Shown: positions 7,142-13,343, numbered from the stretch's first letter. The stretch is 13,343 nt of DNA from Candidatus Nanoarchaeia archaeon (GCA_035290465.1 DATDUI010000076.1:1-13343), one strand, 5' to 3'. A program made the numbers and translations. The notes: generated from the letters alone by a model not told the origin.

Positions 7142-8077
7142 TTATTCAATTTTTTCAATATTTTCCAGATGTTTTATTGCTTCAATGAAATTTATTAATT
7201 TTTTTGTTGGTTCTCCCTTGCTTAATATAGTAAAATTAAGGTTTAATTCCTGACTTTTTTTGTATGCTTTTGTTATCTCTTCTTCTCCGATTCTTTTTTT
7301 GCTATATGCTATTAATAAGAATTCAGCATTTTCTTTTTTGACTTTCAAGATTAAATCGTCTTTACTAAACCCTTCAATTCCTGTGATTTCTATTTGTTTT
7401 TTTAATAAATATTCTTTTATTACATCGAAGAATTTTTCATTTGGTTTATTTGCTTGATTTCTTTTTTTTGGAGTACTGTTTTTTTGTGGTCTTTTTTTAA
7501 TTGGTTTTTCTTTTATTTTTATTTCAGATTTTTCAGGATTTTTTTCTTTTGTTTTTTCTAAATGTTGTGGTTCTTTTTCAATTATTTCTTGTTCTTTTTG
7601 AGATTCATTTTCATTAATAACTAATTTTGTTTGTGGTATAATCTCTTCTTTTTCCTCTTTAAGTTCTAATATTGGTGCTGTAAGATATCTCCAAAAAATT
7701 TCTTCTTTATTTTGGAATGGAATTGCAAAATCTTTAATTGCTCTTAATGCAACTCTTATTGCTGGAAGCTGTTCTGAATCGTTTAGAATTTTTTTTTCTT
7801 TTAATAGAATAAAAGCATCTTTTTCCTTGCTTTTAAGATTATTTGAATATCTCTCTAATTGTGGTTCTTGTCCGGATAGATAATAAATAGGGGAACTTCC
7901 GACTCTTAAATGACTGATTTTGATTCTTTTTTCGGATAAAAGTTCAGAAAGAAATGCTGAGGCAAAAAGCATACTTAGACCTGTCCCTTTAGCAATATGA
8001 ATCGGTAAACTTGGTCCTTTATTTTGAATGATTGATATGATGTTTTGTTTTAGTTGAGTTGTATCTTGGGTTGCCAT
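7142..8077 (-). CDS. Tandem winged-helix-like protein with a long K/E-rich linker and a conserved-looking C-terminal domain (unknown function)
   Basis: The first wHTH-like unit is the N-terminal IISIIQNKGPSLPIHIAKGTGLSMLFASAFLSELLSEKRIKISHLRVGSSPIYYL. A second similar unit is KDAFILLKEKKILNDSEQLPAIRVALRAIKDFAIPF. An approximately 90-aa low-complexity K/E/P linker follows, then a C-terminal domain (FFDVIKEYLLKKQIEITGIEGFSKDDLILKVKK...FLLIAYSKKRI). There are no Cys residues. Confidence 0.7.
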   Translation of the reverse strand: MATQDTTQLKQNIISIIQNKGPSLPIHIAKGTGLSMLFASAFLSELLSEKRIKISHLRVGSSPIYYLSGQEPQLERYSNNLKSKEKDAFILLKEKKILNDSEQLPAIRVALRAIKDFAIPFQNKEEIFWRYLTAPILELKEEKEEIIPQTKLVINENESQKEQEIIEKEPQHLEKTKEKNPEKSEIKIKEKPIKKRPQKNSTPKKRNQANKPNEKFFDVIKEYLLKKQIEITGIEGFSKDDLILKVKKENAEFLLIAYSKKRIGEEEITKAYKKSQELNLNFTILSKGEPTKKLINFIEAIKHLENIEKIE

Positions 8078-8152
8078 TAATTTAAAAAGATAAAGGTTGG
8101 TTATAAGTTTTTTGATGAAAAGATATAAAAAATCTCTTTATGTACTCTTATT

Positions 8153-8557
8153 ATGACAAACGCGACATTTTATTATAATGTTCCAACTCCAAATCAAGAA
8201 AGAAGTTTTTTACAAAAAGTTTTTCAATGTGATGAAAAAAGATTAATTGAAAATATTAATAGTCTTGTTTCAAAATTAGGCACTGCAAAAAAAGAATTAT
8301 CTAATGATTCACGATGGGGAGTTCATTGTTTAGAATTAAATTTTCCAATTTTTTCATTTAATATTGATTCAAAAAGTAATTTATATCTTGCTTCTGAAAA
8401 ATTATTTGAAATAACTGCCCCCATTTTTCCTTATTTAGTTAATTCGAATAAAGAAGGATATGATATTCTTGAAAGATTCTTAAAAAATAATTATGCCGGA
8501 AAACTTAAAAAACAATTTTTAGTTCCTGGTAAAAAAATAATTCTTCCGAAAGCTTAA
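8153..8557 (+). CDS. Hypothetical 134-aa protein (no signal peptide, no recognised motif)
   Basis: ORF from the track with an ATG start and a TATA-like atataaaa 30 nt upstream. Confidence 0.55.
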   Translation: MTNATFYYNVPTPNQERSFLQKVFQCDEKRLIENINSLVSKLGTAKKELSNDSRWGVHCLELNFPIFSFNIDSKSNLYLASEKLFEITAPIFPYLVNSNKEGYDILERFLKNNYAGKLKKQFLVPGKKIILPKA

Positions 8558-8584
8558 AGTTTTATTTGTCAGCAGTTGCATAAA

Positions 8585-8677
8585 CTTTATAAATCGATAA
8601 TTTATACTTTTTATATGACAATAAAAAAAACACTTGGAGTAATTGCATTAGCTTCAACAATCGGGTTAGTTGGATGT
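8585..8677 (+). promoter_or_regulatory. 5' cassette copy 1: TATA-like promoter (tttataaa 8586-8593), ATG 8615 and a 63-nt signal-peptide coding repeat
   Basis: The 34-nt ctttataaatcgataatttatactttttatatga is repeated exactly at 9005-9038 and with 3 changes at 9513-9546. The 63 coding nt recur at 9131-9193 with 1 change. Confidence 0.6.
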
Positions 8678-8992
8678 TCAAATAATCAAGAATATAATTT
8701 TAAGGGAAAAATCGGCGAAGATCAAGTCTATTTCTATGAAAAAAATCTTGGAAATACGAATATTCTTGAAGTTGTAAAAACAGATGGAAGTATTGTAAAA
8801 TTTGTTGATGATGCAAATAACGATTTAAAAATTGAATATGTTCAAATAACAACTGGAAAGAATCAAACAAGCTATTATGCTTCTTCTAAAAATCCTATTG
8901 TAGCAGGAATTGCCCAAAAAGCACAAGAAGAATTTGATTCTTATTTAACAAAAATAATTGAGATTCAGACAGCTCCACTATATAAAGAATAA
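8615..8992 (+). CDS. Putative secreted lipoprotein A (lipobox LVGC), paralogue of 9547-9969
   Basis: The signal peptide is MTIKKTLGVIALASTIGLVGC|SNN. The track ORF begins at a TTG (8576), but that falls inside the promoter cassette. ATG 8615 is the start shared with the paralogues and lies 29 nt from the TATA-like box. Confidence 0.8.
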   Translation: MTIKKTLGVIALASTIGLVGCSNNQEYNFKGKIGEDQVYFYEKNLGNTNILEVVKTDGSIVKFVDDANNDLKIEYVQITTGKNQTSYYASSKNPIVAGIAQKAQEEFDSYLTKIIEIQTAPLYKE

Positions 8993-9004
8993 TTCTTCCT
9001 CAAT

Positions 9005-9038
9005 CTTTATAAATCGATAATTTATACTTTTTATATGA
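9005..9038 (+). promoter_or_regulatory. Orphan exact copy of the lipoprotein promoter cassette (no signal-peptide ORF attached)
   Basis: There is a 34/34 nt identity with 8585-8618, including the ATGA. The downstream sequence diverges into a 13-codon ORF (9035-9076). Confidence 0.5.
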
Positions 9039-9102
9039 TTCTTCGAGGGTTTAATTTGAACGTCAGAGAGTATTAACTTTAAAGTGGTGACACAACGAAA
9101 GA

Positions 9103-9193
9103 TTTATAAACAAGTAAACTATTTATTTATATGACAATAAAAAAAACACTTGGAGCAATTGCATTAGCTTCAACAATCGGGTTAGTTGGATGT
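9103..9193 (+). promoter_or_regulatory. 5' cassette copy with a variant promoter (tttataaa 9103-9110) plus a near-identical 63-nt signal-peptide coding repeat
   Basis: 9131-9193 differs from 8615-8677 at one position (gta to gca, V to A). The TATA-like box lies 28 nt upstream of the ATG. Confidence 0.55.
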
Positions 9194-9505
9194 GCACCTA
9201 TTCCAGATGAAAAATTTATCCCTGAATATATTTATGGTGTAGTAACTAAAGAAGGAGGATCAATTGTTGATTCTGTAAACTCTAAAGATTATAATTGTAG
9301 AGATCCTACTTATGCAATCCAATTTAAAGCAGATGATGGTAAATTATATACTTTTCAAATTTTTGGAGGTCGATTAGATGCTTTAAATTTAGCAATTAAT
9401 AAAGGAACAAAAATAAGAATGAAAAAAAATAACTTTAATCATAATCTTCATAGTTTAGTTGGAGAAATCTCCGATCGTCATGTACAAATCCTTGAATCTG
9501 AATAA
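9131..9505 (+). CDS. Putative secreted lipoprotein B (same signal peptide, unrelated mature domain)
   Basis: The signal peptide is MTIKKTLGAIALASTIGLVGC|APIP. The mature part (EYIYGVVTKEGGSIVDS...YTFQIFGGRLDALNLAINKGTKIRM) shows no visible similarity to A or C. Confidence 0.8.
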   Translation: MTIKKTLGAIALASTIGLVGCAPIPDEKFIPEYIYGVVTKEGGSIVDSVNSKDYNCRDPTYAIQFKADDGKLYTFQIFGGRLDALNLAINKGTKIRMKKNNFNHNLHSLVGEISDRHVQILESE

Positions 9506-9512
9506 AATAATC

Positions 9513-9570
9513 TAAACTTTATAAACAAATAATTTATACTTTTTATATGACAATAAAAAAAACACTTGGA
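9513..9570 (+). promoter_or_regulatory. 5' cassette copy: promoter plus the first 24 coding nt
   Basis: taaactttataaaCAAataatttatactttttatatgacaataaaaaaaacacttgga matches 8581-8638 except for tcg to caa. The tttataaa box at 9518-9525 lies 29 nt from ATG 9547. Confidence 0.55.
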
Positions 9571-9969
9571 ATATTGGCAGGAGCAACTTTATGTCTATTT
9601 GGATCTTTCTATAATTCAGAAACTTTTAATAGAAAAATAGGTGAAGAGCAAGTCCGATTCTATGAAGACTTTTTTGGAAAACATACTCTTGAAGTTATAA
9701 TCAAAGATGGAAGTGAAAAAAAATATTATGATTTCAACAATGACTCAAAAATAGATTCTGTTAAAACAGTTATTAATGGTAAGACCGCTAATTATCATAC
9801 TAGGGGGTATAATTACTATTTGGATAAAATTGGAAAATCAGAGAAGATAGTAGATTATTATGTTAGTACTAATAAGCAAATTGTATCTAATATGATTAAT
9901 ACTTCACAAATAGAATATGACAATTATTTAAGACAAATAACAAATATCAAGGTAATCAATAAAGAATAA
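9547..9969 (+). CDS. Putative secreted/membrane-anchored protein C, diverged paralogue of lipoprotein A
   Basis: It shares MTIKKTLG, then has a diverged hydrophobic region (ILAGATLCLFGS). The mature part aligns with A: KIGEEQVRFYED vs KIGEDQVYFYEK, LEVIIKDGS vs LEVVKTDGS, EYDNYLRQITNIK vs EFDSYLTKIIEIQ. Both end in KE. Confidence 0.8.
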   Translation: MTIKKTLGILAGATLCLFGSFYNSETFNRKIGEEQVRFYEDFFGKHTLEVIIKDGSEKKYYDFNNDSKIDSVKTVINGKTANYHTRGYNYYLDKIGKSEKIVDYYVSTNKQIVSNMINTSQIEYDNYLRQITNIKVINKE

Positions 9970-9988
9970 ATATTTTATTTTAATGAAT

Positions 9989-10507
9989 CTAAGGTTTTAC
10001 CCATTTAACTTCATAATAAGTTATTGAACCTTCTTCATCTAAAATTGCTAAAAGCAAATTTTTCTTTGTTGAATGTGCAACTCTATTTTTTGCAGAAAAT
10101 TCGTGCCATGTTAATTTATTTGATTCATGGTCTGTAAAAACAATCCACTTTGCATGTTCTTTACCGGGTTTTGTTCCTTTTTCGTAAATTCTAAATTCTG
10201 CCCCGAATTTTAAGGCTGTTTTTACTGTATATCCTTTATCTCTTAAATCTTTAAAGACAAGATATTTAATATGTATTTTTTTATCGATTTTTTTTAATTT
10301 TTCCATCAATCCCTCAAAATTAAGAATCTTTTTTCCGAAATAAATTTCAATCTTATTTCTTTCTGTTAAATAAAGTGCTTCAGGTAATGAATATTGAATT
10401 TTATTTTGAACGAGTTCTCCAAATCGACTTTTATTATAGAGTGCATATGCTTCTGAATCATTAGTTGAAATTATTTCTCCTGTGATGTATGTTTTTATTT
10501 TTTCCAT
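9989..10507 (-). CDS. endA: tRNA-splicing (intron) endonuclease, short homotetramer-type
   Basis: LPEALYLTERNKIEI, FKDLRDKGYTVKTALKFGAEFRIYEKG, EHAKWIV and AHSTKKNLLLAI match the archaeal EndA pattern, including the Tyr/His/Lys catalytic positions. The size (172 aa) fits the alpha4 type. Confidence 0.9.
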   Translation of the reverse strand: MEKIKTYITGEIISTNDSEAYALYNKSRFGELVQNKIQYSLPEALYLTERNKIEIYFGKKILNFEGLMEKLKKIDKKIHIKYLVFKDLRDKGYTVKTALKFGAEFRIYEKGTKPGKEHAKWIVFTDHESNKLTWHEFSAKNRVAHSTKKNLLLAILDEEGSITYYEVKWVKP

Positions 10508-10524
10508 TCTATAGAGATGTAAAG

Positions 10525-10553
10525 GTAATATTTAAAAGTTATTGAGAGGTTTA
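10525..10553. promoter_or_regulatory. 29-bp upstream element (gtaatatttaaaagttattgagaggttta) in the 51-bp endA/hydrolase divergent intergenic region
   Basis: An exact 29/29 repeat occurs at 11122-11150. Its AT core (aatatttaaaa, 10527-10537) lies about 30 nt from the endA ATG (10507, -) and about 29 nt from the hydrolase ATG (10559, +). It also contains gagagg 8-10 nt upstream of the + strand ATG. Confidence 0.55.
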
Positions 10554-10558
10554 AATGT

Positions 10559-11122
10559 ATGAATTGTATAATTGTGCATGGTAGTAATGATTGTAAGGAA
10601 GAAGCAAAAGAATTGCCATTAGAAAATGAAAGACATTGGATGCCTTGGATCAAAAAAGAATTAGAAAAAAGAAGGATAAAAGTTTCAAATGAATTGTATC
10701 CTAAAGATTGGTTGCCGGATTATAAAGAATGGAAAAATGTTTTTGAAAAGAATAAAATTAATGAAGAAACGGTTTTAATTGGACATAGTTCGGGTGGAGG
10801 GTTTTTAGTTAGATGGCTTAGTGAAACACAAAAGAAAGTTAAGAAATTGATTTTAGTTGCTCCTGCTATTTTTCATTCTGGATGGGGGAAATCTCTTGAG
10901 GGTTTATTAAAATTTGATATCAATCCTAACATTAAAAATAATGTGAGAGAAATTATTCTTTTTGTTTCTTTAGATGATGAAAAAAATATTCTAAAATCTG
11001 TTGAGATTTTTTCTAAAGCTTTAGATATTAAACCTATTATTTTTGACAATTATGGGCATTTTACTGAATCAGAAATGAGAACAAAAGAATTTCCTGAGCT
11101 TTTAGCGAAAATTCTTTCTTAG
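10559..11122 (+). CDS. YdeN/RBBP9-family alpha/beta serine hydrolase
   Basis: IIVHGS...HWMPWIKKELEKR, the nucleophile elbow GHSSGG, SLDDE (Asp) and YGHF (His) are present, and it is about 190 aa. This is the characteristic layout of the small YdeN-type serine hydrolases. Confidence 0.8.
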   Translation: MNCIIVHGSNDCKEEAKELPLENERHWMPWIKKELEKRRIKVSNELYPKDWLPDYKEWKNVFEKNKINEETVLIGHSSGGGFLVRWLSETQKKVKKLILVAPAIFHSGWGKSLEGLLKFDINPNIKNNVREIILFVSLDDEKNILKSVEIFSKALDIKPIIFDNYGHFTESEMRTKEFPELLAKILS

Positions 11123-11150
11123 TAATATTTAAAAGTTATTGAGAGGTTTA
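11122..11150 (+). promoter_or_regulatory. Second exact copy of the 29-bp upstream element, in front of leuS
   Basis: It is identical to 10525-10553. The atttaaaa core lies about 30 nt upstream of ATG 11157. The element begins immediately after the hydrolase stop (TAG 11120-11122, sharing its G). Confidence 0.55.
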
Positions 11151-11156
11151 TTATCT

Positions 11157-13343
11157 ATGGTTTATGATTTTGTAGAAATTGAAAAAAAATGGCAGGGGAT
11201 TGCTGAGAAAAAAGATTTGTTTAAATCTGAAATCAAAAGCAAGAAAAAAAAGTTTTATTGTTTAGAAATGTTTCCTTATCCTTCTGGCGAGGGTTTGCAT
11301 ATGGGGCATGCTTTGAATTATTTTGTAGGTGATATTCTTGCTCGTTTTAAGCGAATGAATAATTTTAATGTAATGTATCCAATGGGTTATGATGCTTTTG
11401 GACTACCTGCCGAAAATGCTGCAATAAAAGCAAAAACTCATCCTCGGGAATATACCTCTAAAGCAATGAAGAATTTTGTTAAACAGCAAAAAATGATGGG
11501 AATTAGTTATGATTGGTCTAAATCTTTTGCGACATGCAACCCTGAATATTATCATTGGAATCAATATTTCTTTTTGAAATTCTTAGAAAAAGGTTTGATT
11601 TATCGAAAAAAAGCTCCTGTTAATTGGTGCAATAAATGTGATACTGTTTTAGCCAACGAACAAGTTCATGACGGTAAATGCTGGAGGCATGAAGATACTA
11701 ATGTCGAGATTAAACATTTAGAACAATGGTTTATTAAAACCACTGATTATGCTGAAGAACTTTTAGAGAGGGTTGATAAATTGAATTGGCCGGAAAGAAT
11801 TAAAATTATGCAAAAAAATTGGATTGGCAGAAGTGAAGGTACTGAAATTTTATTTGAGATTAATAACGAAAAATGGCCAATTTTTACAACAAGACCTGAC
11901 ACAATTTATGGTGTAACTTTTATGGTTATTTCTGCTCAGCATTCAAGATTAGATGAATTAGTAACTGATGAACAAAAAAAGAAAGTTGAAAAATTTTTGA
12001 AAGAATTAAAATCTGTTAGTGGAAAGGATTTAGAAAAAATGGATAAAGAGGGTATTTTTACCGGTAGTTATGCGATTAATCCTATTAATAAAGAAAAAAT
12101 TCCAATTTATGCAGGAAATTTTGTTGTTGCTGATTATGCTTCCGGGATGGTTATGGCTGTTCCTGCTCATGACCAGAGAGATTTTGATTTTGCATTAAAA
12201 TATGAAATTAAAATGAAACCTGTTATTCAACCTGTTAATTTTGAGATTGATAATATTCGATTAGAAAAAGCATACAAGTTTCCAGGGACTTTGATTAATT
12301 CAGGGGAATTTAATGGTTTAGATAATGAAGATGCAAAAGAAAAAATTACTGATTTTCTTATTAAGAAAAAAATTGGAAAGAAAATTGTGCAATATAAATT
12401 AAGAGATTGGTTAGTTTCTCGTCAAAGATATTGGGGGACTCCTATTCCGGTTATTTATTGTGATGATTGTGGCATTGTTCCGGTTTCTGAAAAAAATTTA
12501 CCGATTAAATTACCTGAAGATGTAAAGTTTGGCAAAGGTAATCCTCTTTTAAGTAATGAAAAATTTGTTAATGTTAAGTGCCCTAAATGTGGGGGCAAGG
12601 CAAAAAGAGAGACTGATACAATGGATACTTTTTTTGATTCTAGTTGGTATTATTTAAGATATCTTGATAATGAAAATAGCAAAGAACCATTTGCAAAAAA
12701 GAAAGTTGATTATTGGATGCCTGTGGATCAATATATTGGTGGAGCTGAACATGCTTGCATGCATTTAATTTATGCTAGATTTTTTACAAAAGCTTTGAGA
12801 GATTTAGGATATGTTAATTTTGATGAACCGTTTACAAGTTTATTTAATCAAGGAATGTTACATGCTAATGATGGAAGAAAAATGTCTAAATCTTTGGGCA
12901 ATGTTATTAATCCTTTAGATATCATCGAAAAATATGGGTCTGATACGTTAAGGCTTTCTTTGATGTCGTTTGCTACTCCTGATAAGGATACTAATTGGGA
13001 TGAAAAAGTTTTGATTGGTAGTTTTAAATTTGTAAATAAAATTCATGATAAATTCCAAGAGATTAAAATTGGCAAGTCTGATAAAAAGATTGAGAATAAG
13101 TTGAACAAAGCAATTAAGGAAGTTACTCATCAAATTGAGAGTTTTAAGTATAATTTAGCAATTATTAAGTTGAGAGATTTGTTTGATTCTTTGAAAGAAG
13201 AAGAAAGTAAGGAAGTTTTGATTAAAAGTTTGAAGTTGTTGCATCCTTTTTGTCCACATTTGTCTTGTGAATTGTGGGAGAAAATTGGTGAAAAGGGTTA
13301 TGTTGGTTTAATGGAATGGCCAAAAGTTGAAGAGTCAAAAATT
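11157..13343 (+). CDS. leuS: Leucyl-tRNA synthetase, bacterial-type (3' end beyond the window)
   Basis: This ORF is not in the track because no stop is reached, but the frame is open for 729 codons to the window edge. Motifs by my own translation: MFPYPSGEGLHMGHA (HIGH motif); VNWCNKCDTVLANEQVHDGKCWRHEDTNVEIKHLEQWFIKTTDYAEELL (E. coli-like Zn module); TTRPDTIYGVTFMVISAQH and MAVPAHDQRDFDFALKY (CP1 editing); KMSKS at 12879-12893. Confidence 0.95.
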   Translation, partial: MVYDFVEIEKKWQGIAEKKDLFKSEIKSKKKKFYCLEMFPYPSGEGLHMGHALNYFVGDILARFKRMNNFNVMYPMGYDAFGLPAENAAIKAKTHPREYTSKAMKNFVKQQKMMGISYDWSKSFATCNPEYYHWNQYFFLKFLEKGLIYRKKAPVNWCNKCDTVLANEQVHDGKCWRHEDTNVEIKHLEQWFIKTTDYAEELLERVDKLNWPERIKIMQKNWIGRSEGTEILFEINNEKWPIFTTRPDTIYGVTFMVISAQHSRLDELVTDEQKKKVEKFLKELKSVSGKDLEKMDKEGIFTGSYAINPINKEKIPIYAGNFVVADYASGMVMAVPAHDQRDFDFALKYEIKMKPVIQPVNFEIDNIRLEKAYKFPGTLINSGEFNGLDNEDAKEKITDFLIKKKIGKKIVQYKLRDWLVSRQRYWGTPIPVIYCDDCGIVPVSEKNLPIKLPEDVKFGKGNPLLSNEKFVNVKCPKCGGKAKRETDTMDTFFDSSWYYLRYLDNENSKEPFAKKKVDYWMPVDQYIGGAEHACMHLIYARFFTKALRDLGYVNFDEPFTSLFNQGMLHANDGRKMSKSLGNVINPLDIIEKYGSDTLRLSLMSFATPDKDTNWDEKVLIGSFKFVNKIHDKFQEIKIGKSDKKIENKLNKAIKEVTHQIESFKYNLAIIKLRDLFDSLKEEESKEVLIKSLKLLHPFCPHLSCELWEKIGEKGYVGLMEWPKVEESKI

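Noticed and set aside
7260-7457. Plus-strand 65-aa ORF
   Set aside because: It is antisense inside the 311-aa winged-helix gene and its composition is dominated by F/S/L.
7440-7640. Runs of poly-T/poly-A and short periodic repeats that look like a DNA repeat array
   Set aside because: This is the coding sequence (minus strand) of the K/E-rich low-complexity linker of the 311-aa protein. There is no spacer/repeat regularity, so it is not CRISPR-like.
8576-8614. N-terminal extension MHKLYKSIIYTFY of the first lipoprotein ORF in the track
   Set aside because: The track start is a TTG located inside the repeated promoter cassette. The paralogues all start at the conserved ATG (MTIKKTLG), which sits at the standard distance from the TATA-like box.
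9035-9076. 13-codon ORF (MILRGFNLNVREY) after the orphan promoter
   Set aside because: It is too short to support as a CDS from sequence alone. It is kept only as a possibility within the orphan-promoter finding.
9039-9100. Possible C/D-box sRNA or structured ncRNA in the less AT-rich insert
   Set aside because: I found no proper C (RUGAUGA) and D (CUGA) box pair on either strand and no convincing stem by manual inspection. Only gtggtga and tctgac fragments are present.
12948-13133. Minus-strand 61-aa ORF
   Set aside because: It is antisense within leuS, whose frame is open and motif-rich (KMSKS just upstream).
1-13343. Search for tRNA, rRNA, RNase P/SRP RNA, CRISPR repeats, IS elements, integrases and toxin-antitoxin pairs
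   Set aside because: No GC-rich structured islands stand out against the AT-rich background, and no T-loop-like GGTTCGAAT motif is present. No regularly spaced direct repeats or transposase/integrase-like ORFs were seen. All intergenic regions are under 140 bp and are explained by promoters.

Overview
Strongly AT-rich, gene-dense fragment with no rRNA, tRNA, CRISPR array, transposase or integrase that I can see. It reads as a small-genome, DPANN-like archaeon. Archaeal markers are ribosomal protein S17e (6886-7095, -) and a homotetramer-type tRNA-splicing endonuclease EndA (9989-10507, -). Almost every gene has a TATA-like box about 28-31 nt upstream of its ATG, which fits leaderless archaeal mRNAs. 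The two aminoacyl-tRNA synthetases are nevertheless bacterial-type: a short AlaRS (245-2029, +) that ends right after the editing domain, and a LeuRS (11157-13343, +) that runs off the window end. Between these housekeeping genes are three accessory-looking blocks. (1) 2361-3389: a membrane-anchored, Cys-rich transglutaminase-like cysteine protease. (2) 3526-5766: two divergent HhH-GPD DNA glycosylase paralogues placed tail-to-tail with 1 nt between their stop codons. One of them is tightly coupled to an unknown 173-aa basic, Cys/His-containing protein. (3) 8581-9969: three tandem secreted or lipoprotein genes sharing a nearly identical promoter plus signal-peptide 5' cassette, plus an orphan copy of that promoter. 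The remaining genes are a DedA-like membrane protein, a small TM protein, a tandem winged-helix protein with a K/E-rich linker, an orphan 134-aa protein and a YdeN/RBBP9-type serine hydrolase. The best candidates for something undescribed are the cassette-based surface-protein array and the glycosylase trio. All functional calls come from motif recognition by eye, not from database searches.
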